A stretch of DNA of 52,120 nt, the filler included, from Circinaria calcarea (taxonomy: Eukaryota), in NCBI GenBank assembly GCA_051942165.1. It is 2 parts of 2 records of this genome, joined end to end, with 100 filler letters (N's around TTAATTAATTAA, not from the genome) between each part and the next. Parts side by side here need not be neighbours in the genome. Positions count along the whole stretch, not along the records: positions 1 to 26,055 come from JAVECS010000086.1; positions 26,156 to 52,120 come from JAVECS010000087.1. One strand, written 5' to 3'. The notes beneath the pieces are model-generated. The model was not told the origin of the DNA. It saw only the letters and a program-made list of their open reading frames with translations, and searched no databases. Both the position numbers and the translations under genes were made by a program. Numbering within the stretch: the stretch's first letter is position 1; each line of letters starts with the position of its first letter. This document shows positions 12,664 through 28,812 of this stretch, in pieces.

Positions 12664-15113
12664 TCAGAAAGCGTCTTCGTCCGTCCACCCTGCTTCACTT
12701 CCCGCCTTGGAGGTCTCGGCGGATCTCGTCCCATGTGGACCTTTTATCTTCTTTCCGGCTCCCACTCTTGGAGGCGAGTATCCACCTTCCGGTGTGAATC
12801 GCTTTCCTCGTGCAGCCTTGAGCTTAGCATAGTAGGCTTCGCTAGCGTCCGGCTCAGGTTCTGAAGCATCATCATAAGTCTCCCAATTCTCTGAACCAGA
12901 GACATTCGTGTTTGTGGCGGTTGATGTACTTGAGATCTGTCTGCTATCGGCATGTGGGATACAATGGCTTGATTGCTGATAATGAGTGTCGTGATGAGAA
13001 GACGAGGGAAGGTCACGGTATGTTTGGGGAGTTGTGCGTTGAGAGTGAATCATGGAAGAGTTCATGTACGATATTGGCTCTCGGTCGTCGTAGACGTCTT
13101 CAGGGGAGGTATGACGCACGATGCTGGTATTTGTGGTTGAGGCCACCGAAGGACATCTCATGTTCTCATCTTCGCAACCACTTGTCGGCGTTGCTGTGGG
13201 CAACACGAACAAGTCTCTCATCCTAGGTGGTGGCGCTTTCGCTGGTGGACCCATCTTATGTACTGTATTAGAATCATACCCTGCTTCTGTTGCTATTGCA
13301 CGACGCTCTGGAGAATTATTGCCATATCTCATGCTGCCTAATGGTACTCGGGATGGAATCTTTGAAGGGGATGGGCCACCCGCGGTTGACACCGAGCTAG
13401 GAACTAGGTTGCGTCTTAGGGTTCCAGTGGGTGTCTTGGTATCAGAACGTGACGTAGGCGCCTTCATGACACTGCCGCTTCGGAGACTTGCTGGCACGGG
13501 CTTGGCTGATGGTTTCATAATAGGTGCAAGACCCGACGGGGTCTTTGATCGTGGAGGGAGGTTCTTTGTCGCACCTGCGACCAGCTCGTCTAGATACCGC
13601 TGCCCATGTACCAGGAAAGGGCGTCCATACTCGTCCTCCCAACGCTCCAGCGTCTTTTTCAGGTCCGCCTCAATCTTGGGTAAGTCCTTTGTAATTCTCT
13701 TCCTCATTTTCTCTTCTCTGAGGAGCCTTGTGGGATCTCTCTTCTCACCTTTAGTACCTCGACCCAATAGGCGTGACGCATCTTGACTTGACGCAGCAAG
13801 ATCCTCCCGATCCTTTATAAGTGCCCTATGGCGGTCAATGAGCTGCAGCGTGGGTGCTCGTTGTTCCTGGAGGGCCTCAAGACGAGCGATTTCGCCTTCG
13901 TGAGCAGATAGAAGAGCATCGCTGTAGACGTCTGAGAATGCTGGTGTGAATTCTAGCATTTCCTCTTCTGAAAAGTAGAGTCCGTCCCATAACTCTTGGA
14001 GTTTATATCTTGCGTCCTCTACAAAAAGATGCAAGTTCTGTCTTTTGAGTTCATTTAAACGATCTAACTCTGACTCAAATTCATTTATGGCCCGAAGGCC
14101 ACAACCTCGGTTGCCAGCAAGGAAACGCTTCCTGTCTGGTTCTTGCACTCCAAGGCGGTCCCATAGACCTTCGACTGTCGATTTCAACTCCGTTAACTTT
14201 CGTTCACGGCCACGCTTCTCTTCCATCAGTTTGTCCAGCCTTGACTGCAACCTTGTCATGTCACTCCCATGCAGTCCTAGCTGCTCTGGAGCATCGCGAC
14301 AATGTTTAACAATCCGGCTGTCCGTTTGCGCTTGGGGTGTGCCAAGTTCTGCCCATAGATTCACGATTTCCTCGGCCATCGCTTTGACGGATGCTATCCG
14401 GCGCGTATATTCCTCATACACTCGAGAGAACTCACTGTCCAGGCCGGTTACGTATGAAGGAGATAGGTCGAAAGTGGGTGGTATTGACGCGTTATTTGAT
14501 GTGGGCGGTAGTGTGACCTGGATGAATGACGGTTCTAGGTGGGAAGAATACGATTCGAGTGCTACGACGAGTTCTGCAGATGTTTAGCAGGCATCCATTC
14601 GTTACCTGGAGGGTTTGAAAGATCTACTTTTGACCTGTTCAAATCTCTCTCGATGGATCTTTGCGATTGCATTATGCTTCTCTTTCAACCCTTTCAAGCA
14701 TCGGGAGAGAGGGACAGTCACTTTGAGCCTCTCATCTTCCAGCGCGTAGTCATCGTGGGGTTTGTAATCTTCCAGAGATGCTTCCATTTGCCTGATGGTC
14801 TTGATGATCCGGTATGCCTCTTCGGTTAACTCGGTTTTCTCCCTGGTTCATGTTAACTCGAACTCGAGATAGCTGCTGTGATGGGTGAGAGTTTACGCAG
14901 TAACAAGACGTAGTTGATTATGAAGTGTCTCTGACAATGCATTGAACAGCTGCTTCAAATGAGTATGATGTGAGCATTGCAATTGGAATGAATGTAGCCA
15001 ACCTCAGCTTCTCTAGATTCCCTCTCATGAGTCGGAACACCTATCTCATCAAACAAACCATGGAGCTGGCCAACAATCGTAGAGACCTGGGTGGTGAGGT
15101 AACTCGTATCCAT
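12664..15113 (-). CDS. ASE1: Ase1/PRC1/MAP65 spindle-midzone microtubule bundler; multi-exon
   Basis: Exon 1 MDTSYLTTQVSTIVGQLHGLFDEIGVP (ATG 15113); coiled coils; ASSQDASRLLGRG...RDPTRLLREEKMRKRI...WEDEYGRPFLVHG. Confidence 0.92.
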
Positions 15114-15188
15114 CGCTTGAAGAAGATTGTGTTTTGATCTAGACCATGTGGGGTTTGCAGGTTGAAGATTGGTAGAGGATAGATGACT

Positions 15189-15300
15189 GTAAACAACGAG
15201 TAAATACGTCGGCTGGCGTTTTCCAAAGCGCGTTGCAAAACCCAGAACCTTGATGGTTTACCTATACTAGGGCTAGGACGGGCAACCGACTAGTGTTTAC
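15189..15300. promoter_or_regulatory. Cluster of forkhead-type sites in the ASE1 promoter
   Basis: GTAAACAA 15189-15196, GTAAATA 15200-15206, TGTTTAC 15294-15300. ASE1 is a forkhead-regulated G2/M gene in yeasts. Confidence 0.55.
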
Positions 15301-15897
15301 TTTGTACATTATCCAAAGTGATGTAGTCTATGTTTGTCTCCACGCTTCCAATTAGAACACCAGCGGAAGAAGCGTCTAAGTGGGACATCAGTAAAGCCGA
15401 AGCGAATCAAGGGTTGGCAGAGCAACGATTGACTTGTGTAGAATTAATTAGATTTTAGGGCGATATTTCCGCAATAACTATAATAGCTACGCTCTCAAGC
15501 TCAATAAATGGACCGGAATAGTCGCCGGAGGATGCCCGCAGTATGACCCCATCCTTTCACCTTGAATATCTTGTCGTTGTTGCCAAGTACACAGGGGCTG
15601 TCAACACTGCGCTCATATCCCTTCCGACTACAGTACAAAGGTACGGCAAGCAGCGATCCTAGTATAAGTGGTGATATACGTCTACTCATGCTGGCACCCC
15701 TGACGTGACTGCTTAACACTTAACAAGGCTAAACAGTAAGCAAGTCTGAATAAACCGGAGCCGGTCTACTGCATAGTGTCTCTCCGAGTCTGAACAACTT
15801 CACGCATTCCCGAGGCGGTTTCTGCACCATCTAAAGCGTTGTATTCAGACTGTGTCGATAAAGTGATACTGAACCTGAGGAAGCCAATTTCCAGATT

Positions 15898-16984
15898 ATG
15901 CCCGATATGGATACAATTCAGAGAGCATGGGGTAAAGTACCCAGCAAATATCTATCATCTGCATATTTTGTGTTAATTATCACTAGAGCTTGAGAACTCT
16001 GTCAAACTTGTTGACCCTCACCGTGACGCCCTTTACAGCTACGATGCAGTCGAACAGAAAGCCATCCAAGATGCCAAACCCTGGAAGAAAGAGCCTCATT
16101 ACTTCAAACATGTCCGCATATCAGCCGTTGCCCTTCTTAAAATGGTCATGCACGCTCGTTCAGGAGGCTCCATCGAAGTTATGGGACTCATGCAGGGGAA
16201 AATCGCCGGAGACACATTCATAGTGTCGGACGCGTTCCGGCTACCGGTCGAAGGGACCGAAACAAGGGTGAATGCCTCCGATGAAGCGAACGAGTATGTA
16301 GTGCAGTATCTACAGTCGTGTCGAGAAAACGGACGCGCAGACAATGCTGTAGGGTGGTATCACAGCCACCCAGGCTACGGTTGCTGGCTGTCAGGCATTG
16401 ATGTCAACACCCAGATGACTCAGCAGTCGTTTCAAGACCCTTTTCTAGCAGTGGTTATTGATCCTGATCGGACGATATCTGCAGGCAAAGTTGAGATAGG
16501 GGCATTTCGTACATATCCGGAGAACTACAAGCCGGCCGGGGATCAAGGCGGTGACGACTACCAGACCATTCCACTGGCAAAAATAGAAGACTTCGGTGCA
16601 CATGCAAGCCAGTACTACTCCCTTGAAATTTCTCACTACAAGAGTTCCTTAGACACCTATCTACTAGAACTGCTTTGGAACAAATACTGGGTTTCAACGC
16701 TCAGCCAGAGCCCGCTGTTCACAAACCGAGAGTACAGTAGCAAGCAAATGCTAGATTTGAGTCAGAAAATCCGGATTGCGGAAAAGGGTGTGCAGGCGAA
16801 TTCGAGAGGAGGCTCGCAAGTAGGGTCGCGGACGAGTTTCAATAAGGACAATCAGCTGGAGAAAGTGGTCAGGGACAGCAACAAGATCGCAGGGGAAGAG
16901 ATCACCGGGCTCTTAGCTGGCGAGGTCAAAGCTCGCCTTTTCAACGGAGTCGGTGCGACTGCAAGAGGCGAGGCGCAAGCATAG
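15898..16984 (+). CDS. CSN5: COP9 signalosome subunit 5 (JAMM deneddylase)
   Basis: ATG 15898, one intron, then [36 protein letters not shown] motif [24 protein letters not shown]. Confidence 0.96.
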
Positions 16985-17106
16985 ACCTTGTGTCTGATGC
17001 GATAGTTGGCTGTATTGCATTGTAGGGCGTCGGGTGGTTGTCATCATGGATGATATCTAGGACTGGAATGATGAAATGATATTGATATAGACCCAGAGCA
17101 AGAGCT

Positions 17107-19219
<2,113 letters not shown>

Positions 19220-19507
19220 CTATGTTCACGCGCGTTGAGTGAATCGGGGAATGATGTCGCCGGTTCACTTTCCAACTCAAAAAATCTGCGGCCAAAACAT
19301 GTACCAAGGAGCAAACACTCGATTATAACAAGGCTTTCTACACCGTCTCACAATCTCTAAAGTGAGGCATTTTCTAGATTTGTTCCCTGGATTCTCTCGC
19401 TTTGGATAATCGGGCAATACTTCTAAAGCCAATTTATTGCATTGACTTTCCCAGTATCCAAGAGTCAGTTTCAACCCACCACCTTACTCCGCAACAGAGA
19501 GCTTACG

Positions 19508-20990
19508 ATGGATCAAGTGAACGGGTCCTCCGAGGATATAGATCTGTATGGTTGGTCTAGCCAGAAATCTCAAGCTCAAGCCGGACTTACAGATTACCAG
19601 AGATCTTGGGAATTCAGCAAGGCGCAAGCAAAACCGAGATTAGGAAGGCTTACCATAAGGTACGCCCAAATCCCGAAGCCTTTCGAGGTCACTAATTTGA
19701 TTGTAGGCCGCATTATCAAACCATCCGGACAAAGTAGCCGAGGAGGATCGAGCTACAGCAGATGTGAAGTTCAAGTCGATCAGTCAAGCCTACGAAATCC
19801 TCCAAGATGACGAGAAACGACATCTTTACAATACGCATGGCATGTCAGCTTTCGACAAGGGTCAAGTTGGTGGTATGGGGGCCGGGGTCAACTTGGACGA
19901 CATACTGCAACACATGTTCGGGATGGGCGGTGGAGTCCCGCCTGGATTCGGAGGAGGCGGGCCAAGGAAGCCTCGAAAGGGCAGAGACGAAGAACAAGAA
20001 TATGAAGTGACGTTGGAAGAGCTTTATAAAGGGAAGAGTGCCAGGTTTGCGAGCACTAAGATCGTTATCTGCAGTCATTGCAAAGGAAAGGGAGGGAAGG
20101 ATAACGCCAAGCCAAGGCAATGCGATACATGCCAAGGACGAGGTATAAGTCACCAAGTATTCACTTCCATGGTATCATATTGGTAACTCGTTGGTAGGGA
20201 TGAGACAAGCTCTACGGTCGATCGGACCTGGCCTTGTAACCCAAGAGACGATTATTTGTGATAGCTGCAAAGGTACTGGTAGCGTTTTCAGGGACAAAGA
20301 CAAGTGCAAGAAGTGTAAGGGCAAGCGCACCGTACAAGAGCGGAAAATGCTGGAGATTTATATTCCAAGAGGTGCCAAGTGAGCGAATCGTCCCGGGGTC
20401 CTTACTTCAATGCTAATTTCCTTGGCAGAGCTGGGGATAGAATAGTGCTTGAGGGTGAAGCAGATCAACTTCCGGACCAAGAACCCGGGGATATAGTCTT
20501 CAATCTTACAGAAGTCGAGCACGAAACGTTTAAGAGAGCAGGGGCGGATCTCTCGGCTTCAATGCGGATAACCTTAGCAGAGGCTCTTTGTGGGTTTTCA
20601 CGCGTGGTTATCAAACACCTGGACGGCCGAGGCATCTCTATCAACTATCGTCAATCAGATCGCCAGGTACTAAAGCCTGGGCAAGTCATCAAGGTGGCAG
20701 GCGAAGGAATGCCGCATAAGAAGAGTGACTTGAGAGGAGATCTCTACCTGGTGGTGGATGTCAAATTTCCGGAAGGTGGTCTGCTCTTGGATGAGCACAA
20801 GACTGCCCATTTACAGGAGCTACTTCCGGGACCATCTGAAATCATTGCAGCGGATACTGTAGATGAGGTTGATTATGACGAGACCGCGGATCTCGGCGAT
20901 TTTGGAGCTGGGGATGGGGCACACGGTGGCGGGGCATGGGAGGATGAAGAGGAGGAAGATGACGGCCAACCACAGTGCGCTCAGCAGTAA
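19508..20990 (+). CDS. Type I DnaJ/Hsp40 co-chaperone (Xdj1/Mas5/Ydj1 group) with a CaaX tail; multi-exon
   Basis: J domain with HPD (AALSNHPDKV), G/F region, four CxxCxGxG-type repeats, GEGMP, C-terminal CAQQ. Confidence 0.92.
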
Positions 20991-21291
20991 ATCTGCGAAT
21001 CCTGGGGATGTAACTATGGGCATTGCGAGGCGTTCATAGATGGTATTTCTAAGGCAGGGCGCTGTCGATACCACGGCTTGCTTTGTGGTACTCTTGCATT
21101 ACTTAGAAATGATACTTTCGATGCGAGCTCCTTGAATACATACTCCGAAGAGTCGATTGGGCCCTCCTTCGTACTCTTAATTCAGGGATATAACTGGGGT
21201 ACACTGACGGACATGACTTGGCGTAAAATCCTACCTTCTATTCAGTAGTAATCAATTGGTCTCAAAATCCCCAGGACTCGAGGCAACCGAA

Positions 21292-21322
21292 AAGCCCTAT
21301 AGCCTCGCTTAACCCTTAGGGT
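21292..21322 (+). promoter_or_regulatory. AAGCCCTA / AACCCTTAGGGT motifs upstream of RPL32 (candidate ribosomal-protein regulon elements)
   Basis: Located about 160-190 bp before the RPL32 ATG. Resembles the AGCCCTAA-type motif I recall from filamentous-ascomycete RP promoters; not verified. Confidence 0.4.
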
Positions 21323-21480
21323 CCCACTAGAGCCACCTGTCGTACTTTCATCTCAAGAATTGAAGATTGGCCGCCCACGACAAAATAACGACAAAACCGC
21401 AAAAGTGCGTACGACACGACTTTCAGCCATGGGCTATCTATCCTGTGTCTGATATAATACTGACTTTTCTATACTCGCAG

Positions 21481-22207
21481 ATGGTTGCCGCAAAGAAGCA
21501 TGTCCCGATCGTGAAGAAGCGTACGTTCACTCTTCGGTTTCCTAAACCCCCCCCTCCCCCCGCCCGAATTGCAAGAAGGAAGGAGGACTTGCTGCTCTTG
21601 GCTGACTGTCGATTTTTAGATTCCAAACGCTTCAACCGTCATCAGAGTGATACCTACAAATGCGTAGACGCAAGCTGGAGGAAGCCTAAGGGTATCGATA
21701 ACAGGGTGCGGAGACGTTTCAAGGGACAAGCTGTCATGCCATCGGTACGTCAAGTGTGAGGGGATCTCTCTGGTTCGGTTGGACACTCTGGGGTAGAGGC
21801 TTAGGTAGAGAAGGAGCCTCGGATCATTCCTGCAATAACCCTCTACGAATAAAATTATGCTGCTTGGAAGTGGAAATGGAGAATACGAGTGGATCACTGA
21901 TCTGCCTACTATCTTGACAGATTGGATTTGGTTCGAACAAGAAAACCCGCCACCTGATGCCATCTGGACATAAAGCGTTTCTCGTCCATAACACCCGTGA
22001 TGTCGACCTCCTACTCATGCACAACAAAACCTTCGCCGCTGAGTACGCCTTCCTATTCCTACCTTAGCCTTCCTACCTTGCCAATTAACTTCGTCTAGGA
22101 TTGGACACGCAGTTTCATCGAGAAAGCGAGTTGAAATAGTTGCCAAGGCTAAGCAATTGGGTGTCAAGGTCACGAACCCGAAGGCGAGGGTCACGAAGGA
22201 GTCGTAA
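21481..22207 (+). CDS. RPL32: 60S ribosomal protein L32 (eL32); 3 coding introns plus a 5'UTR intron (21405-21480)
   Basis: [13 protein letters not shown]...RFNRHQSD...[17 protein letters not shown]...[16 protein letters not shown]...[32 protein letters not shown]. Confidence 0.97.
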
Positions 22208-22421
22208 AGACTTCCTTCGTCTAGGAATTACTTGCGAATAGGAGCTCAAATACGATTGCTTTTACTCCAGGTCTTGCCAAATTAAGCTTGCATACGCTTC
22301 AAATGACTGCACTTGGAAATTGTCTCCGGAGAAATCGCAACGACGCGGATCTCCGATTCCTTGAAGATGTGCTTACTCAATCAATTAGACCTCTGAGGCA
22401 ACCAATATCTGTAGTGATGAG

Positions 22422-23935
22422 CTACCCAGGCATCACCCATAACGTCTTAGAAGGCGCAATATGAACACACTCGCCATTAGCTGTAGCACCAGTGTCATCG
22501 GCTCCTAGATTCAACTTTGCCACCTTCGCTACCAAGTTCAAAGGATCGGTATCCTTTGTGACTGTAGTCGGACCGTCCATTCCTGGCGGTGGCAAGGCCC
22601 ATTCTGGCAGTCCGGTCTCATACTCCCATCTCCCTTCTTCACAGGCATACCTTTTGGCATGCAGGTAGATACCCAGCTCATGCGGTCCCGGATCACTGTA
22701 AAGTGGCGTATCACAGATCTCACATAGCTTTCCCGTCTGCTTCTCCGCCTTTTTCTTGTTGTACTCTTCCATCATCTCATCATGGTAAGCCATGGCTTCG
22801 GCCACTTCTGATTTGCCCATTTTAGAGAGACGTGAGATGATGTCCTCGTCGTTATCAGGGCCTGAATCGCCAGCTGCGAGGGAAGGGCCGAAGACACGTT
22901 GGTTGCAGTAGATGGGGTCATTGGCGATGGGGTGGCCAAGATATTGCAAGTGTACACGGAGTTGGTGGGTCCGGCCCGTCAGAGGCAGACATCTAACAAT
23001 AGAGTACCCTTCCTTGGCTTTCCAGACCATTTTTGAGTCTCGGATTTTCTCTCGCTCTGTTCTTGTGTCCCCAATTGGATTTATATCACCATCTTTCTTT
23101 TGCTTTGGGGGATAGTACGCAAGTCGTTTGAAGATCGTCCGGGCCTCCTTCCCACTTGCTCTCGCTCTATTTAGGCCAAGCTTCGGGCTTATCTGCATAA
23201 TGGGCTTCTCACAGACGACGTCGCCCTCAGGAAACTCTCCGATCACTCGGGCAATATACTCTTTCTTCACGGTCCTCCCTTTGATCTGTACACTCAACTC
23301 CTCCGCGGCTTTTGCGTGCTTACCTATGAACATGACTCCGCTTGTCAACCTGTCCAGCCGGTTACACGGGAGTGGATTCCACTCATAACCCCTTTCTGCG
23401 CGCATTATCTCGACAATAGAGTTGTAGTTGTAACGGCCTGCGGGATGCACAGGCACACCAGCAGGTTTGTTAATAACGATCATGTCATTGTCTTCATGAA
23501 CGATGCCAATCGATTGAGCAGTCACAGGAGGCTCATGTCGATGTAAGGTGTGAGATATAATGTCTCCATTTTTGACGACTGACTTGACAGACGGTACCGG
23601 CTGGCCATTCACGACGACCTTCCCACATTCTATAGCATCTTTCTAAACCGCGTCAGCCCGAGGGAACCCGCTGGTGCGATACAGTAACTCACATAATATT
23701 CCTTCGGTCTATCTCGAAATTCTGTTGCAAAGATGTCAAGTAGCTCCCGGCCCCTCCACCGTTCTTTGCAGTAGGTATTGTAAGTGTAGTGGTATGGTTG
23801 TACTTTTCGAAGTCCATCGTCAAGATAATAGGGCCGAGGCCAAGGATCACAAGGAGTGATGACCACGGCAGGAGGGGACTTGAAGAAGTCGGGCTTTTCT
23901 GCAACGCTCACATCTTCTATTGTCGTCAGCGCCAT
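22422..23935 (-). CDS. RluA-family tRNA pseudouridine synthase (Pus8/Rib2/Pus9-like)
   Basis: TYCKERWRGRELLDIF, HRHEPPV, INKPAGVPVHP, catalytic NRLDRLTSG, TGRTHQLRVHLQYLGHPIANDPIY; one intron near 23630-23692. Confidence 0.9.
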
Positions 23936-24389
23936 GCAAGGCTGATTTGTCCCAGCTCGTCGTGCGAGGTACGCGAGGATTCGGGGGGAGGGCGCCAGGG
24001 ATTTAGACTGTCTCTTGCAGTCTTGAAGCCTTTAAACAGCTTCGAACAAAATAATTATCAGGATCGGTCAAGCTAACATAATTTAGACTACTGAGGGAGT
24101 ATGGAAGAGTTCGAGGAAACGAGATTGCAGGATCCTTGGTAGTATTACAAGACTCTACCAGAATTATCATGGAGAGTAAAAGGACCTTATAGTAGTTGAA
24201 ACTTCCATGAAAGCAAAGATCACCGCAACGTGGACCAAATGGCAAAATGCCAATCAAAGTTAAGCGCGATAGGGTAAATATCGTCTATCTCACTTTGGGC
24301 TTAGCATAACTTTCACTACCCGTTTTCGATACGAAGCTTAATTTCAGCCTCTAGAACTGTAATGTCGGGTCTCATCTGATCTCCACTAA

Positions 24390-24966
24390 ATGTCGTACGC
24401 AAGTCTCAAACGACGTCGACGGCATGACTATGGCTTCCAGCTCGAATACAGAACCAGGTGGTACGTACCCATACTGCCATGGTTTTGGGGATTGTGGGTT
24501 GCTCAAGATGCACAGGAGTGACAATGACATGTACGATCACATGAATAACAGCGTATACTCCTTTTTGTCGGTCTCCTCCCTGCTTCCATCTGTTTTGTTT
24601 CGAGTGAGTAATATTTTGCAAAGATTTGACTCCGTCATAAATGCATACCTTATCGAGCATTGCGGATTGCATCCTCCCACGTCAGATCAAGTTGGTTTAG
24701 TTGTCCATTCGCATTGCGACTTCTTCGGTTCCGTCGCATTTCCCATGGTCGTAGACTTGGCTTTACGTGTCAACAAATTAGGCATGTCCAGCGTCACATA
24801 CGAAATCGCCCTCTTCGAGCATGGAGTAGAGACTGCCATGGCGGTGGGCGGGTTCACTCATGTTTTTGTGGATAGAAGTACAAATAAACCCGCTACGAAT
24901 GGTATGTCGGTGAACATAAGGACTGGACTGGAGAAGATATGCGCACCGGAGATATCAAAACTATGA
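24390..24966 (+). CDS. Hotdog-fold acyl-CoA thioesterase (4HBT-like); 2 introns
   Basis: MSYASLKRRRRHDYGFQLEYRTRW|SDNDMYDHMNNSVYSFL|FDSVINAYL...LRVNKLGMSSVTYEIALF...GGFTHVFVDR. Confidence 0.88.
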
Positions 24967-25070
24967 TTGTGTGCTCGTTATAACTACATGGCTGTTGTGC
25001 AAGACTACGAGGCTGCAGTGTGACCGGAAACCCCCCACATTGAATCTACACACACTGTTTCCCTGTACTC

Positions 25071-26055
25071 TTACACTTGAAATGTACAGTCCATAGGTTG
25101 CCCGTTGTTCTCCCCACTCCTAAGAAAGTTCTCTAGCTATTTAACCATTAGCATTAGAATCACGATCTCAATTTACCCCACATACTATTTCAAGATCTGC
25201 TAAAGCTTCTTCCGGGGTCTGTCTGTTGTTGCTTTTCCCGGCGACAAGCGCTTCACCCCAGTTTCTGACTTCGGGAGGAACCCCTGATTTCTCGTCCTGG
25301 ATCTCCTTTTTCTCCTCCTGTCCAGCGATAACGGTGGTAACGGTCGACCTTGATATACTTACGCTACCCCCTTCACAGCCAACGGTCCATTCGCTACCAG
25401 TCATTGTTGTTCCAAAGGAAACAGAGAAGGAACCGGTGGCTCCAGACTTGGTCTTTAGCGCAGCATCAAGTGTGTCGACGGGGGGCAGATGCTTCTGCAT
25501 CTGACTGGTGTACGCCGATAGTCGGACAATCGGATCAGAACCTAGCAGAAGACGAAGACCGGCAATAATATGGACTCCACCATCCAATAAGAAACCTCCT
25601 TGATGGCTGGGGTTTTTGCGCCATTCAGTTTCTGGATGGTATGATTAGCGCGAGAATCCCGACTCTACTCTCTTAGACCAACGTACCGATATATTTATCA
25701 CCAACTTTCAGGTTCGTATACATTTTAACCCTAAATCCTAATACGCGCCCGAGTTTCTGCACCTGCGACTGAGCATAGTCGAAACTATTCAAGTAGCGAT
25801 AGTTCTCCGCCACACTCCATGTCGTGTTCTCGGTGTCAACATTGGATCTGTACCATTTGAGAAGCTCCACTGCATCCCTAACGTTTTCCGCAATTGGCTT
25901 CTCGGAGAGAACATGTTTTCCGGCGGAAAGGGCTGTACGAATATAGAATGGCTGATTGAGAATGGGCAGGCTTGAGATGCGATGAGTACTGCATTCGGGC
26001 CATGGCTCTGCAGAGGCACATACGCTATAATGACCGCCTGAATATCCGAGCGCTT
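25071..26055 (-). CDS. Gfo/Idh/MocA-family oxidoreductase, 5' end lost in the assembly gap
   Basis: DIQAVIIA|LPI...ALSAGKHVLSEKPIA...WSVAENYRY...WRKNPSHQGGFLLDGGVH; final exon LENFLRSG...FQV* ends at 25071. Confidence 0.9.
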
Positions 26056-26155
26056 NNNNNNNNNNNNNNNNNNNNNNNNNNNNNNNNNNNNNNNNNNNNT
26101 TAATTAATTAANNNNNNNNNNNNNNNNNNNNNNNNNNNNNNNNNNNNNNNNNNNN
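26056..26155. other. Artificial contig/scaffold linker: 44 N + TTAATTAATTAA + 44 N
   Basis: Exactly 100 bp and symmetric; the 12-mer gives stops in all six frames, a standard pseudomolecule spacer. Confidence 0.95.
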
Positions 26156-26808
26156 CTCCACCCCGGTCCCCCGGTCCCCCCGAAATTAGCTAGAGATAAT
26201 ACATAAAAGAGACCGGGGACAGGAAAACATGGTCCAGGAAATGCGCGCGCGCGCGAGAGAGAGAGAGAGAGCCCCGGAGAAGAGATTTTCACTCCAAGCC
26301 GTATGCCGTGTGCCATTTGCGAAGAACAAACAGTGGGGGAAGGGGGGTCCGGAAATCTGGTAGCATAGATAAATCCGAACCCCCATTTTCTTTTTCCAAA
26401 AAAAAAACCCCCAAAAAAAACCAAGGGGATTTCCAAACTCTCCAAAAATCAATAATCAAAGTCCAAAAGATTCATCCCCGTCTGATGGATCTGGAGATTA
26501 GCGGGAACTGAGTAAGGAATGGATGGAGCATCTCTTAGCGAAAGCGTTTAAGACTTGAAAATAGTAAAGGGTATCTTGAATTTCTTATATCTAGAGGATA
26601 AGCAGTTCCAAGTTCTACCGGTGATTTCTATTTCCCTTTTCCATCCCACTGATAGACGTCCATGCTCGTCATAATAGCGAGTAGGTGGTTTCCGTTTTGA
26701 ATTGCGAGAAACCGATAAAATAGCTGACCCTAAAGATATCGAGGGGCACGGCTAGGTTCCTCCAAGCCAGCCGTATAGCACCCGTTCTTCGGTTACACTC
26801 TTGATGCT

Positions 26809-28414
<1,606 letters not shown>

Positions 28415-28721
28415 TTATATGGGGTCCACAATGACAAATCGTTAAAGCGCTCAAGGCTATAGGCAATGCCAAGGATGAGGCCAGTATGACTTCTTGCCTT
28501 TCAGTAATATGGCATGGCGCTTCTGAATGTTATGGCCTCTAGATTGACTGCTTAGTGTGGCATTGACAATATCTTTTTTTTTGTTTTTGTCATCGACCTT
28601 CATGGGCCTCAGTCCAGCCGGATGACGCTTGGATAATCAATCCGTGATGATCCCTGTCCCGTCTTGGCTAACACTATCTTAGCTGCCGAACTTTAGGCTT
28701 CAGGGGGCCACGATATTTCCC

Positions 28722-28732
28722 ACGCGACGCGT
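28722..28732. promoter_or_regulatory. Tandem MCB-like element ACGCGACGCGT upstream of the resolvase
   Basis: Two overlapping ACGCG cores, one a full ACGCGT, 80 bp before ATG 28813. Confidence 0.5.
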
Positions 28733-28812
28733 TGGTCAACCTCAAAACTCCCACAGTAATCCACTTGGTCCATCACCTTTGCTTCTGCCATTTCCAAAAG
28801 CCAACATCATGT

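Noticed and set aside
26100..26111. TTAATTAATTAA palindrome as a biological site (e.g. piggyBac TTAA target)
   Set aside because: Centred between two 44-N runs; it is a synthetic six-frame-stop linker.
26104..26511. Phe/Gly-rich ORFs next to the gap
   Set aside because: Translations of low-quality homopolymeric sequence.
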